A program made the position numbers and the translations under genes. A stretch of DNA of 64,000 nucleotides from assembly GCA_965231125.1 (NCBI GenBank), contig OZ246414.1, positions 17,739-81,738 of the forward strand, written 5' to 3'. Positions 54,548 through 64,000 of this stretch are shown piece after piece; position 1 is the stretch's first letter, and each line of letters starts with the position of its first letter. This DNA is from an uncultured Gammaproteobacteria bacterium (GTDB lineage: Bacteria; Patescibacteriota; Microgenomatia; Woykebacterales; RBG-16-39-9b). A model generated the notes under the pieces. That model saw only the letters and a program-made list of their open reading frames with translations. It searched no databases and was not told where the DNA came from.

Positions 54548-54778
54548 TCAGCCGACCGTTACTGTTTCCCCGTTCAACATCCGATGGGCTTTGTCGTAGT
54601 TTTCCTCGTTCGTCAGGTTGCCGATGTTTTCTCGAGTGATCTGGAAGCAATTATCTTCCCCGCACTCTGGGCAAAGGACGAGATCTTCTCCCGCAAGCCC
54701 ATCAAAGTCCTCGGGTCTTCCTACGAACCCACACCCACCGTATGTCGTTGAACAGATGAGTACGGTTTGTCCTGGCAT
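54548..54778 (-). CDS. hypothetical zinc-ribbon protein (76 aa), GC-rich
   Basis: RBS AAAGGAGGAG. Cys pairs CSTTYGGCG...CPECGEDNC. Confidence 0.45.
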   Translation of the reverse strand: MPGQTVLICSTTYGGCGFVGRPEDFDGLAGEDLVLCPECGEDNCFQITRENIGNLTNEENYDKAHRMLNGETVTVG

Positions 54779-54803
54779 GACTCCTCCTTTCGAGTTTATC
54801 TTG

Positions 54804-55025
54804 TCAAGCTCGACTTCGTGATCGACGATGATAGCGCGCCAATCTACTCGCTACTTCCCGAGCAGACTCTTCCCCAAGGTTCTTTGCCTCCGGGGAAGTA
54901 CTCATTAGTTGCTTTCGGACCCGCTCCGCTGCATCGGCTTGATCTGTGCTGTTCCTTGCTAGCCTACGAATCCTCGAATCGTTCTCGAACCTGTGGAATA
55001 GTGCCTGTTTGTTGTCAGTCCACAC
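54804..55025 (-). CDS. hypothetical basic protein (73 aa; GTG start), GC-rich
   Basis: RBS AAAGGAAGGG. Confidence 0.4.
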   Translation of the reverse strand: MWTDNKQALFHRFENDSRIRRLARNSTDQADAAERVRKQLMSTSPEAKNLGEESAREVASRLARYHRRSRSRA

Positions 55026-55138
55026 TTGATTCCCTTCCTTTCTTCAGTTAGGTGCGAGTTCAAATGTACAACATACTTATTTTCAAAAACTAACAAATTA
55101 TATCACACTATGGGACTCAAGTCAAGTTCTGGTAGTCG

Positions 55139-57829
55139 TCAGTTGGTTTCGATTACGGGAGCAAATTTGTCTAAGAGGCCGTCGAAGAACTTAAAGAGTA
55201 CCAGCAGCCCTACGCTCACAAAAATTATGTACAGCCAATCCCCGGCGTCAATCGGAGAGAGACCAAATAAATTAGCGAGAAGCGGAGTATAAACTACAAT
55301 CAACTGCAGCGCTACCGAGCTGACAACGGCTACTATTAATAAAATATTATCTCTCCAAGCAATTTTATAGTCGGCTCGGATATTTACCAGACGGATAATT
55401 TCAAAGATAACTATCGCTGTAAAAACGGCCGCTCTTGCTTCATTCACACCTTCCGGCAAGTTTGCAAAGAATAGGGCCAAAATTGCCACGGTAAGAGTGG
55501 TGGCAAAGGCGGCTATTTCCCACCAGACGCGAGAGTTAATAATGTCTCCTTGAAATTTTTTAGGAGAAAATTTTAAAATTCCTTTTTCGGCCGGGTCTAG
55601 CCCCAAAGCAATTGCCGGCAGACCGTCCGTCACCACGTTTATCCACAAAAGCATGACGGCGGTGAGCAGGACATCTTTAAAAATTAACAGTCCGAAGAAG
55701 ACCACTAAAACTTCACCGACATTGCAAGAAAGTAAGTAGTCGACAAATTTACGAATGTTGTCAAAAATTCCTCTTCCTTCCTCAATTGCCGCCACAATGG
55801 TTTTAAATTGATCATCCAGCAAAACTATGTCGGCGGATTCTTTGGCAACGTCTGTACCGGTAATTCCCATCGCGATGCCAATGTCCGCTTTCTTTAAAGC
55901 GGGTGCATCATTCACCCCGTCACCCGTCATGGCCACTAAATGTCCTTTCTTTTTTAAAGCCTCAACAATCTTAAATTTGTGGATGGGGTTTACCCGCGCG
56001 TAAATATTTGTATCTTCAACTCTTTTTGAAAACTCACTCTCCGATAATTTTTCCAGATCATCCCCGGTCAAAAGGGCGCCTTCGACTCCGATTTCGACAG
56101 CGACGGCTTTAGCTGTCGCCGGTTGATCTCCCGTAATCATAATTACCCGAATACCACTGGCCTGGCACTGGGAAATTAAATCTTGAACTTCTTTTCGAGG
56201 AGGGTCCATCATTCCCTGAAGACCAATAAAGGTTAGATCCTCTTCCACTTTGTCCTTTTCTAACTTTTCGATTTCTTTGTAGGCAAAACCCAAAACCCGC
56301 AAAGACGCGGCCGCCATTTTTGAGTTTTCAGATAAAATTTCGCTCTTTTCTTCTTTTGTTAAGGAAACTTCCTTACCATCCTTGATTACCTTAGTGCACG
56401 TATTTAAAACTGCCTCCGGCGCCCCCTTTGTGTAGATAATCTTTTTCCCATCTTCGGAAACAACAACGCTCATCATTTTTCTTTCCGAACTAAACGGCTC
56501 CTCGTGAAGTCTTGGGCCGGATTCTTTAAAGCGGGCTTTATGGGAAGCAACAATTAAAGCGCCCTCGGTAGGGTCGCCAGTAATTTTCCCCTCTTTTGAG
56601 TTAAACGTTGCGTTGTTGCAAGCAAGACCGGCTTTAAGAATTAATGAGAGCTCTTCTGTTTCTACTTTTTTACCGTCTTTAAGAAACGCCCCGTCCAAAT
56701 TGTAGCCCTGGCCGGTAACCGTGTAGGAGGCGCGGTCAACATAAATTTGTCGCACTGTCATCTCGCCGGCAGTTAAAGTGCCGGTTTTATCTGTGCAGAT
56801 TACATCTACGGACCCGAGAGTTTCCATCGAGGCGAGTCTCCGAACCAAGGCGTTGCGGCGAAGCATTCGCTGCGTTCCAAAAGCTAAAGAAACCGTCACC
56901 ACCGCCGGCAAACCCTCCGGAATCGCGGCTACTGCCAAGGCTATCGAAGCTATGAAAGAACTTAGCAGTCTTTGCAGAGGGTCCAGGTGAGCAAAATCCC
57001 GGGCAAAGAAGAAGATAAAGACAAAAACGAAAGCACAAGCAGCCGTGGTGCCATAACCAAGAACTCTACCAAGCTTGTCCAGACGTTTTTGAACCGGGGT
57101 TTTTTCCGGCTTAGTTTCCGCGACAAAAGAGGCAATTTTTCCAATCTCGGTTCTATCTCCGGTAGAAAAAACCACGCCAACCCCCCGACCACTGGCTACC
57201 ACAGTACCAGAGAAAAGAACGTTTTTTTGATCGGCGGTCTGAAGATTTCCAGAAAGTGGGTCTGAAGTTTTTGTAATGGAGTTTGATTCTCCAGTAAGAG
57301 ACGCCTCGTTTGTTTGGAGGTTGTAATCCTCAATTAAGCGAGTATCAGCCGGGACTTTTTCCCCTTCCTCTAAAATTACAATATCTCCCGGGATAAGATT
57401 ACTAACGTCCACCTCTTCCTTTCTACCGTCCCGCAAAACTTTTGCTTTAAACGCTAAAAGTTTTTTTAACTCCTCAATTGCTTTTTCCGCCCGATATTCC
57501 TGGAGAAAACCCAATATCGCGATCAGGGCGACAATTGCCAAAATTAAAGAGCCTTCAATTAAATCCGAGCTTTCTTTTCCACCAAAAAAATAAACAAAGA
57601 AAGTTAGAACAGCCGCAATAAGTAAAATTATTGTTAATATATTTTGGAACTGCCGAATAAAAATCTGAAAGGCGGAAATCTTTTTCTTTTCTGTCAGTTT
57701 GTTTGGGCCGATCTTCCCTAAACGTTTTTCAGCTTCTTGAGGGGACAGGCCTTTTTCGCTTGTTGCCAGTTTAGCAAAAAGTTCGCCGGTACTTAGACTA
57801 TAAATTGGTTTCTCCGCGGCAGACATCAT
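55139..57829 (-). CDS. P-type cation-transporting ATPase (type II, Ca2+-ATPase-like)
   Basis: DKTGTLT phosphorylation motif, TGDQ, and the [20 protein letters not shown] hinge. 896 aa with 10 TM helices. Confidence 0.9.
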   Translation of the reverse strand: MMSAAEKPIYSLSTGELFAKLATSEKGLSPQEAEKRLGKIGPNKLTEKKKISAFQIFIRQFQNILTIILLIAAVLTFFVYFFGGKESSDLIEGSLILAIVALIAILGFLQEYRAEKAIEELKKLLAFKAKVLRDGRKEEVDVSNLIPGDIVILEEGEKVPADTRLIEDYNLQTNEASLTGESNSITKTSDPLSGNLQTADQKNVLFSGTVVASGRGVGVVFSTGDRTEIGKIASFVAETKPEKTPVQKRLDKLGRVLGYGTTAACAFVFVFIFFFARDFAHLDPLQRLLSSFIASIALAVAAIPEGLPAVVTVSLAFGTQRMLRRNALVRRLASMETLGSVDVICTDKTGTLTAGEMTVRQIYVDRASYTVTGQGYNLDGAFLKDGKKVETEELSLILKAGLACNNATFNSKEGKITGDPTEGALIVASHKARFKESGPRLHEEPFSSERKMMSVVVSEDGKKIIYTKGAPEAVLNTCTKVIKDGKEVSLTKEEKSEILSENSKMAAASLRVLGFAYKEIEKLEKDKVEEDLTFIGLQGMMDPPRKEVQDLISQCQASGIRVIMITGDQPATAKAVAVEIGVEGALLTGDDLEKLSESEFSKRVEDTNIYARVNPIHKFKIVEALKKKGHLVAMTGDGVNDAPALKKADIGIAMGITGTDVAKESADIVLLDDQFKTIVAAIEEGRGIFDNIRKFVDYLLSCNVGEVLVVFFGLLIFKDVLLTAVMLLWINVVTDGLPAIALGLDPAEKGILKFSPKKFQGDIINSRVWWEIAAFATTLTVAILALFFANLPEGVNEARAAVFTAIVIFEIIRLVNIRADYKIAWRDNILLIVAVVSSVALQLIVVYTPLLANLFGLSPIDAGDWLYIIFVSVGLLVLFKFFDGLLDKFAPVIETN

Positions 57830-57953
57830 TAATCAAGGATAAAACAAATCTTTAACGATACGCAAGCAAAGCAATCATCGGGGAAAACCCAAAAACTAAA
57901 AAAATTCGATGCTATAATAATAGTTATCTTTAGGCTTTCAGCTACAAACTGCC

Positions 57954-60515
57954 ATGTATTCCGTCGATAAACCTTGGAATCTAGACGAAAAAAAACTTTT
58001 AAACGCCCTGCAGACCTCGCCTTCTGGTCTTAGCAACAAAGAGGTAGCAGAACGTCTTGCCCGGATTGGGCCAAACCGCCTTGCAGTTGATAAGTCTAGA
58101 AACCCATTCTCGATTTTTTTATCCCAATTTAAAAATCCCTTAGTTATCATCTTAATTGTGGCTAGTGCCACCAGTTTAGTAATCGGGGACAAGTTTGACG
58201 CTACTATAATTTTAATAATCCTTTCAGTTAACTCCCTTATCGGTTTTATCCAAGAATACCGTTCTGAAAAGGCGGTCGAGGCTTTGAGAAAAAGATTGAG
58301 TCTACAGGCCCGGGTAATTAGAGCGGGGAAAGAATTGCTGCTGTCGGCCTCAGAACTTGTACCGGGAGATATTGTGAAAATTTCCCAAGGCAATATTGTT
58401 CCCGCGGACATCCGCCTAACCGCTGCAAAAAACTTATCCATTGATGAATCTTTAGTGACCGGAGAAAGTTTCCCGGTTGAAAAAGGGGACACGCCACTGT
58501 CCCTTAAAAACCCAATACCTCAAGACCTCAAAAATCTAGCCTTCATGGGAACAAATGTAATTGCCGGCAGTGCCCTTGGGCTCGTGTACGCGACAGGTGC
58601 CACTACAGAGTTTGGTAAAACCGCAAAAAGTCTTGAAGGAGTCGAAAGAGAAACAGAATTCCAGACAGGCGTCCGAAAATTCGGTAACTTTCTTGCCGTC
58701 TTAACCATAATTTTGGTCACCTTTATTTTCATCGTCAATGTAGTCTTGAAACCATTCCTGGGTCAAAGTATTAGCCTCCTGCAGGCCTTGCTTTTTTCCC
58801 TCGCTCTTGCCGTCGGCATAACTCCAGAACTTCTACCTTTTATAATCACTCTTAACCTTTCTAAAGCGGCTTTGGAAATGTCAAAAAAGAAAGTGCTGGT
58901 GAAAAGACTTATTGCTGTTGAAGATATTGGAAATGCCGACATTCTTTGTTCCGATAAAACCGGCACTTTAACGGCTGGCAAAATATTTTTAGAAAACTAC
59001 CTGAACTTTGAAGGTAAGACAGATCCAAAAATTTTACTCTACGGGCTACTATCTTCGGATGAGACCCGATCCTCGATTAACCCTCTGGATAAAGCAATTC
59101 GTGAATTCCCCGGAGTAAAAGAAATCAAAGATCAGGGGGATGCTTTCAGCAAAGTAGACGAACTTGCATTCGATTTTGAACGGAAAAGAAACAGCGTCTT
59201 GACGAAAAAGGGTGGCGATTTTTTAATCGTCTCTAAAGGAGCCTCGGAACAAATTCTCCCGCTTTGCAGCCAAGTGGTAATCGACGGCCAAACTAGCCTC
59301 CTTTTGGAAGAAACAAGACGAACCCTAAGGCAGAAATATGTTCAGCTTAGTAGCCAGGGTTACCGTCTCTTGGCAGTCGCCTTCAAAGAGAGCGCCCGCA
59401 AAAATAAACTTGAGGTTAAAGATGAACAAAACCTCACTTTTTTAGGGTTTCTAGTTTTTTCCGATCGACCCAAGGAAACGGCCGCAAAGACTATTTCTGA
59501 TCTCGAGGCTTTAAATGTTCAGATAAAAATTCTCACCGGGGACAACGAATATGTCGCCAGACACATTTGCCAGGCGGTTGGCGTGGAAGTGAAAAACGTT
59601 ATCACCGGAGAATCTATTGATAGCTTTGACGATGCTGAACTGGCAAATAGGGCAGTAGAGACGACAATTTTCGCGAGAATCACCCCAAACCATAAACTGC
59701 GGATTATCAAAGCTTTAAGAAGTCTCGGGCACACGGTGGCTTTCCTGGGTGATGGTGCTAACGATGCCCCGGCCCTAGAAACCGCCGATGTCGGGATTTC
59801 GGTCGACACGGCCTTGGACGTGGCCAAAGAAGCGGCCGACATTATTCTCCTCAACAAAAGCTTGGAGATTTTGGTTGAGGCAGTGAAAGACGGCCGGCGC
59901 ACCTTCGGCAACACAATGAAGTATATTTATTCCACTTCTAGTTCAAACTTTGGCAATATTTTTAGTTTGGCCGGGGCCAGTTTACTACTCCCTTTTATTC
60001 CGCTACTTCCTTCGCAGATCATATTGCTGAACTTTGTAACGGACATTCCCTATCTCGCGATAGCTACGGATAATGTAGATGACGAGTATTTAAAAAAGCC
60101 CAAACATTGGAATACTGGGGCGATTAGCCGCTTTATGATACCCTTCGGCTTGATTAGTTCCTTATTTGATTTTTCAACTTTCTTTTTGCTCCTTTACATG
60201 AGCCGGGCTTTATCGGACCGGATTGAAATTTTTAGGTCGGGTTGGTTTTTGGAATCCTTAGTTACTGAAATTATCATCGTTTATCTTATCCGCACTTCTA
60301 GGAATTTCTGGCAAAGTCGACCGAGCGCTTTGCTTATCTTTTTAGGAGCAGTCTCGGTAGTTCTCGGAGTAATATTAATCTACTCGCCGGCAGCTGCCTT
60401 TTTTGGATTCGGCTCCTTACCGGCAAAAATTCTAGAATTAATTGTCGTGTTATTAGTTGCCTATGGAATTTTGGTCGAGGTTGGGAAGAAGATCTATTAT
60501 CGAATCAATACCTAA
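57954..60515 (+). CDS. P-type ATPase, MgtA-like (type IIIB) by inference
   Basis: CSDKTGTLT, TGDN and GDGANDAPALETADVGISV motifs. 853 aa. It is divergent from the other ATPase. Confidence 0.85.
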   Translation: MYSVDKPWNLDEKKLLNALQTSPSGLSNKEVAERLARIGPNRLAVDKSRNPFSIFLSQFKNPLVIILIVASATSLVIGDKFDATIILIILSVNSLIGFIQEYRSEKAVEALRKRLSLQARVIRAGKELLLSASELVPGDIVKISQGNIVPADIRLTAAKNLSIDESLVTGESFPVEKGDTPLSLKNPIPQDLKNLAFMGTNVIAGSALGLVYATGATTEFGKTAKSLEGVERETEFQTGVRKFGNFLAVLTIILVTFIFIVNVVLKPFLGQSISLLQALLFSLALAVGITPELLPFIITLNLSKAALEMSKKKVLVKRLIAVEDIGNADILCSDKTGTLTAGKIFLENYLNFEGKTDPKILLYGLLSSDETRSSINPLDKAIREFPGVKEIKDQGDAFSKVDELAFDFERKRNSVLTKKGGDFLIVSKGASEQILPLCSQVVIDGQTSLLLEETRRTLRQKYVQLSSQGYRLLAVAFKESARKNKLEVKDEQNLTFLGFLVFSDRPKETAAKTISDLEALNVQIKILTGDNEYVARHICQAVGVEVKNVITGESIDSFDDAELANRAVETTIFARITPNHKLRIIKALRSLGHTVAFLGDGANDAPALETADVGISVDTALDVAKEAADIILLNKSLEILVEAVKDGRRTFGNTMKYIYSTSSSNFGNIFSLAGASLLLPFIPLLPSQIILLNFVTDIPYLAIATDNVDDEYLKKPKHWNTGAISRFMIPFGLISSLFDFSTFFLLLYMSRALSDRIEIFRSGWFLESLVTEIIIVYLIRTSRNFWQSRPSALLIFLGAVSVVLGVILIYSPAAAFFGFGSLPAKILELIVVLLVAYGILVEVGKKIYYRINT

Positions 60516-60606
60516 GTGAATAAACTTCCGTAAAGAAAAACCCCAGGGTTGTTACGGTGACTCGAATGAGTACCACAACCCTGAGGTCCTGCGATCAACT
60601 ACCCGG

Positions 60607-60873
60607 TTACATAGAGGCCGGTGCGAACGCTCTGTCCAGCCAGGTGACGACCTGCTGTTCATCACCTTCTTCGAACGAAATCCTCCGCTCGTTAAGCTCG
60701 AGCCGGAAGAGATCCTCACCAGAGTGATCTTCTGTCCAAACACTGGTGGTTCGCCCATTGGCACTGGTGTTGAAAGCAGACCGAGGACAACACATGCTGT
60801 CCTGATTCTGCCACACTGCCCCCATGGCCTCAAAGGCCTCTCCGAAGTCGAGTCCAAAATACCTCACTCTCAT
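60607..60873 (-). CDS. hypothetical protein (88 aa), GC-rich
   Basis: Complete ORF. The overlapping alternative frame at 60552..60857 is less protein-like. Confidence 0.4.
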   Translation of the reverse strand: MRVRYFGLDFGEAFEAMGAVWQNQDSMCCPRSAFNTSANGRTTSVWTEDHSGEDLFRLELNERRISFEEGDEQQVVTWLDRAFAPASM

Positions 60874-60977
60874 CCTCCTGTATTTTACTCACCTTATAGG
60901 TGGCAAGGTATTTTAAAACTTTTAGAACACTTTGCCAACTACAAAGCGAAGAAACTATAGCAGAAATGAAGGGGAAA

Positions 60978-61071
60978 GTCAATGCTATAAGCCGCTCGTA
61001 GCTTGTGCCTTCTCGTGCTACTCAAATCCAGCTACTGCGCGTCCTGCGCTAGGCGTCTTAACGCCTAGCTA
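60978..61071. repeat. dispersed ~94-nt structured element R2, copy 2
   Basis: See copy 1. The substitutions fall between the helices, and the terminal hairpin is identical. Confidence 0.6.
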
Positions 61072-61094
61072 GGGTTAAACGTCAAGCTTGGTGA

Positions 61095-61391
61095 TTATTT
61101 TATTACCTTGCCCATTATCAGTTTTTTGGATACGGGGCCGAAGGTGCGGCTGTCGAGACTATCATTTTCATTTAACCCGGTAACAAAGTATTTATCTTTT
61201 GAGGAAATTTTTTCTATTTTTTTAAGTAAAGTTTTTTCCCCATCAAGTGGGTTTTTGAGAGCGATGATGTCTCCAACTTTCGGGGATCGGAAAAGATAAG
61301 AGAGGCGGTTGATAAATACCAATTGCCCTTCTCTGAAAAAAGGCTCCATACTATGGCCGACAATTTTAAATCGCTCGATGGGAAACCACAT
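61095..61391 (-). CDS. sodX: S26-family signal-peptidase-like Ni-SOD maturation protease (SodX-like)
   Basis: VGHSMEP serine motif. It is a 98-aa soluble protein with a 1-nt stop/start overlap (TAATG) with sodN. Confidence 0.65.
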   Translation of the reverse strand: MWFPIERFKIVGHSMEPFFREGQLVFINRLSYLFRSPKVGDIIALKNPLDGEKTLLKKIEKISSKDKYFVTGLNENDSLDSRTFGPVSKKLIMGKVIK

Positions 61392-61873
61392 TAGGCCGGA
61401 TTCGGAACCACAATTTCTCCACCGGACGGGTAGGGGGCTTTAATCTTTTTTGACGGTATATCTTTACTCTTCCAAAAAATCTCCGCGAACTCTTGAACTT
61501 TTTCTAAAAGTTCTTGCGAGGCTTCGACGCTAACTTCTTGCTTAGTTTTTGAAGCAAGTTTCATAATCTTAAAAACAAGTTCGTGAAGACCCGGAAATTT
61601 TTCGAGGTGTTCCGGTTTGAAATAATCGCCCCAGATTACGCGCACATCGTGTTTTACAGTCTCGGCGTGATCCTCTTTAACTTTGGTGAGACGCGCCACG
61701 TCGTGAACAGAATCTTTTTTCTCGTTGATTAAATTAGTCATTCGGATAACAGTGTGGCTCGCAACTTGCGCGTTGTGAGGGTCGTAAATTCCGCACGGAA
61801 TATCGCAGTGGGCGTAAATTTCCTTTGGCGGGAAAAATTTATCGGCTAAACTTAAAACTTTATTTATCAGCAT
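61391..61873 (-). CDS. sodN: nickel superoxide dismutase with N-terminal propeptide
   Basis: The Ni-hook HCDIPCGIYDP follows the propeptide MLINKVLSLADKFFPPKEIYA. Start taken at the internal ATG with RBS AAAAGGAGGA. Confidence 0.8.
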   Translation of the reverse strand: MLINKVLSLADKFFPPKEIYAHCDIPCGIYDPHNAQVASHTVIRMTNLINEKKDSVHDVARLTKVKEDHAETVKHDVRVIWGDYFKPEHLEKFPGLHELVFKIMKLASKTKQEVSVEASQELLEKVQEFAEIFWKSKDIPSKKIKAPYPSGGEIVVPNPA

Positions 61874-61939
61874 CGATCCTCCTTTTGGACACTTTAGCAA
61901 AGAGGGCAAAATTTGTAAACAACCAAGTACAGACCGCTC

Positions 61940-63628
61940 TTACCCGTCTGAAGACGACTCACTACCAGTATCTTGCGGCTCCCATTCCACCTTTTTTGTG
62001 GGCGGAATTAAGAGAGATATAACTGATCCGATTACAACGAAAACTAAAGCAACATTAAAAGATTTCCTGGCGGAATCCACTAAAGATTGGTTTATATCTT
62101 CTTTAACAAAACCGCCCACCTGTGGGGAAGAAGGCAGATTTTGATTTTCGGCTTTCCCGCTCTCGATAGAAACCTTTTTAACGCTTTCAAGAATTTGCCC
62201 TTTGGCGACATCGGGAATCCGAGTGTCCGATTTAACATTGGCTTGGATATTAGTTGCGAGACTCCCAGCTAGCACTGTGCCAATTACCGCAATCCCAATG
62301 CTAGTTCCTACTTGACGCATTGTGGTGTTGGCAGCCGAGGCTTCTCCTGCAAGTTGGGCGGGTGCCGCCGATAGAATAATATTTGTCAGCTGCGCACTGG
62401 TCATACCAATACCCACCCCAAGAATAGCGAACCCTGGTGCGAGTGTCCAACCAGTCGCCGTGGTAGATAAGGCTCTTGCCAAAAGATAAATTCCCAAAGC
62501 CCCAACGAACATACCAATATTTACCACCCACTTAGGATTTGTTCTCGAGGCGATAAAGCCGGATAGTGGCCCGAAAATAAAAATACTAATTGATGTGGGG
62601 AGAAAGACTATTCCGGTTTTGAAGGCGTCTAACCCAAGAACATTTTGCAGATAAATCGGCATAACAAAAAAGGCGCCAAACTGGCCAAGTGAAATAATTC
62701 CGAGAGTTGCAAGCCCAATGCTAAAACCGGAATTCTTAAACATGCTAAGACGCAGTAGCGGGCTTTCACCAGCTTTCTCAATTGAATACTCGGTGACAAC
62801 AAATAATATTAGTAGCAAGGCGGCGGCAGCAAAAGCAACGGGTATTATTGAAATGCCCGTGAAAGACCAGTTCCAGCCAAACAATGAAAACGGCGTATTT
62901 GGTGCCCACCAACCGTATTTCCTTCCTTCAATAAAACCAAAAACAAGACTGAAAAGCCCGGCTCCAGAAAGAAATGTTCCGGCCCAATCAAACCTTTTTT
63001 CGCCTTCGCCGCGAGACTCTTTAATAAAAACTGATCCTAAGATGGCTATCAGAGCAACGATAACATTAATCCGTAGCGACCAGCGCCAGGAATAATAAGT
63101 AGTCAGGTAACCACCGAGCAAAGGCCCAATTGTCGCCGACGCCCCGGCAACAGACCCCCAAATCCCAAAAGCAATCGCTCTTTCCTTACCGTGAAACTCA
63201 CTAACGAGAAGTGATAGGGTCGAAGTAAACATCATGGCTGCACCAATTGCTTCAATAAAAGCTTCCCCAAAGAAAAGCACACCGACACTTCCAGAGATTG
63301 AAGCAATGAACGAACCCGCTGCAAAAAAGACAGTTCCTAAAAGAAAAATCTTTTTTCGGCCGTACAGATCCCCAAGCCGACCCATGGTAATAAGAAGGGT
63401 TGCGATTATTAAAGCGTAGCCAGAAACTACCCATTGAATACCATCAAGACTTGTACTCAAATCGCGCAAAATATAAGGAATGGCGACGTTAAGAACCGTG
63501 TTGTCAATTATTACAATTGCCAGGCCCAACGCCAAAAATACCAAGGCGATCCAACGATTTTTATCGGTAGCAAGGTTGGAAAAATTCATCAGAAAAATTA
63601 CTTTACGTTCGTAGGCCCGCTTTGTCAA
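61940..63628 (-). CDS. MFS transporter, 14-TM DHA2 (EmrB/QacA) family
   Basis: 562 aa with motif-A-like GRLGDLYGRKK and 14 hydrophobic segments. Confidence 0.85.
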   Translation of the reverse strand: MTKRAYERKVIFLMNFSNLATDKNRWIALVFLALGLAIVIIDNTVLNVAIPYILRDLSTSLDGIQWVVSGYALIIATLLITMGRLGDLYGRKKIFLLGTVFFAAGSFIASISGSVGVLFFGEAFIEAIGAAMMFTSTLSLLVSEFHGKERAIAFGIWGSVAGASATIGPLLGGYLTTYYSWRWSLRINVIVALIAILGSVFIKESRGEGEKRFDWAGTFLSGAGLFSLVFGFIEGRKYGWWAPNTPFSLFGWNWSFTGISIIPVAFAAAALLLILFVVTEYSIEKAGESPLLRLSMFKNSGFSIGLATLGIISLGQFGAFFVMPIYLQNVLGLDAFKTGIVFLPTSISIFIFGPLSGFIASRTNPKWVVNIGMFVGALGIYLLARALSTTATGWTLAPGFAILGVGIGMTSAQLTNIILSAAPAQLAGEASAANTTMRQVGTSIGIAVIGTVLAGSLATNIQANVKSDTRIPDVAKGQILESVKKVSIESGKAENQNLPSSPQVGGFVKEDINQSLVDSARKSFNVALVFVVIGSVISLLIPPTKKVEWEPQDTGSESSSDG

Positions 63629-63687
63629 TCATCAGGTATTACTATTGGTCTTAAGCCGATATTTAACCAAGTGCTATACTTAAATCC

Positions 63688-64000
63688 GTGGAAACCCTAA
63701 ACAAAAATTTAGCAACCGCAACTTTTGCCGGCGGCTGTTTTTGGTGCACGGAGGCTATCTTCAACCGCTTGAGGGGTGTCGCTTCTGTCATGCCAGGTTA
63801 CAGTGGGGGAAATGTTGAGAATCCTACTTACGATCAGGTTTGTCAAGGGAACACGGGTCATGCCGAGGCAATACAGATTAATTTTGATCCCAAAGTCGTC
63901 TCTTACGAAAAACTTCTCGCCGTGTTTTTTAAACTTCACGACCCAACTACTTTGAACCAGCAAGGAAACGACATCGGCACCCAGTATCGCTCCGCAGTTT
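63688..64000 (+). CDS. msrA: peptide methionine sulfoxide reductase MsrA (3' end truncated by the window edge; GTG start)
   Basis: Manual translation gives ...[15 protein letters not shown]...GYSGG...GHAEAIQI.... GCFWC is the MsrA active site. The track's minus ORF 63709..63963 is antisense to it. Confidence 0.85.
   Translation, partial: METLNKNLATATFAGGCFWCTEAIFNRLRGVASVMPGYSGGNVENPTYDQVCQGNTGHAEAIQINFDPKVVSYEKLLAVFFKLHDPTTLNQQGNDIGTQYRSAV

Noticed and set aside
57938-58492. Minus-strand 184-aa ORF
   Set aside because: It overlaps the N-terminus of the plus-strand P-type ATPase, whose frame carries the conserved motifs.
14567-61000. Integron gene-cassette interpretation of the recurrent GC-rich small-gene islets
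   Set aside because: The islets are dispersed, in mixed contexts, and not arrayed in one orientation. No attC-like imperfect palindromes follow each gene. The only recombinase lacks the IntI-specific insertion.
63709-63963. Minus-strand 84-aa ORF at the window end
   Set aside because: It is antisense to msrA, whose plus-strand frame contains the GCFWC active site.

Overview
This 64 kb window reads as a compact, gene-dense, AT-leaning bacterial chromosome segment. About 80% of the genes are on the minus strand, and most have strong Shine-Dalgarno sites. By inference the gene content resembles an uncultivated small-genome lineage (CPR/Patescibacteria-like). Supporting signs are an archaeal-type ATP-dependent DNA ligase next to a PHP phosphoesterase, a ClpB lacking its N-domain, a short PolA, and a suf Fe-S operon in place of isc. 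Recognisable genes, in order: PHP and ATP-dependent DNA ligase, Fic, ClpB, FolD, GT4 and GT2 glycosyltransferases, two Fpg/Nei paralogues, PolA, FtsH, TrpS, NAD(P)HX dehydratase, and a tyrosine recombinase flanked by tRNA loci. After that come a sufCBD–sufSU cluster with embedded oxidoreductases, MscS, a PAP2 phosphatase, an M15 carboxypeptidase, FemAB, Crp, two divergent P-type ATPases, a Ni-superoxide dismutase with its maturation peptidase, an MFS transporter and MsrA. The accessory content is unusually rich for such a genome. A complex tRNA(CAU) locus carries nested and split tRNA-like pieces and duplicated tRNA fragments. A canonical tRNA-Ile(UAU) is flanked by its own fragments, and an integrase lies between the two tRNA loci. 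At least three dispersed repeat families show compensatory changes that preserve hairpins. A ~0.5 kb GC-rich, ORF-free, highly structured segment looks like an unannotated RNA. A 4-unit degenerate hairpin array sits upstream of clpB. Two toxin-antitoxin-like modules are present, plus several GC-rich islets of small SD-bearing genes and a paralogous secreted-protein family. No CRISPR array or rRNA is present.
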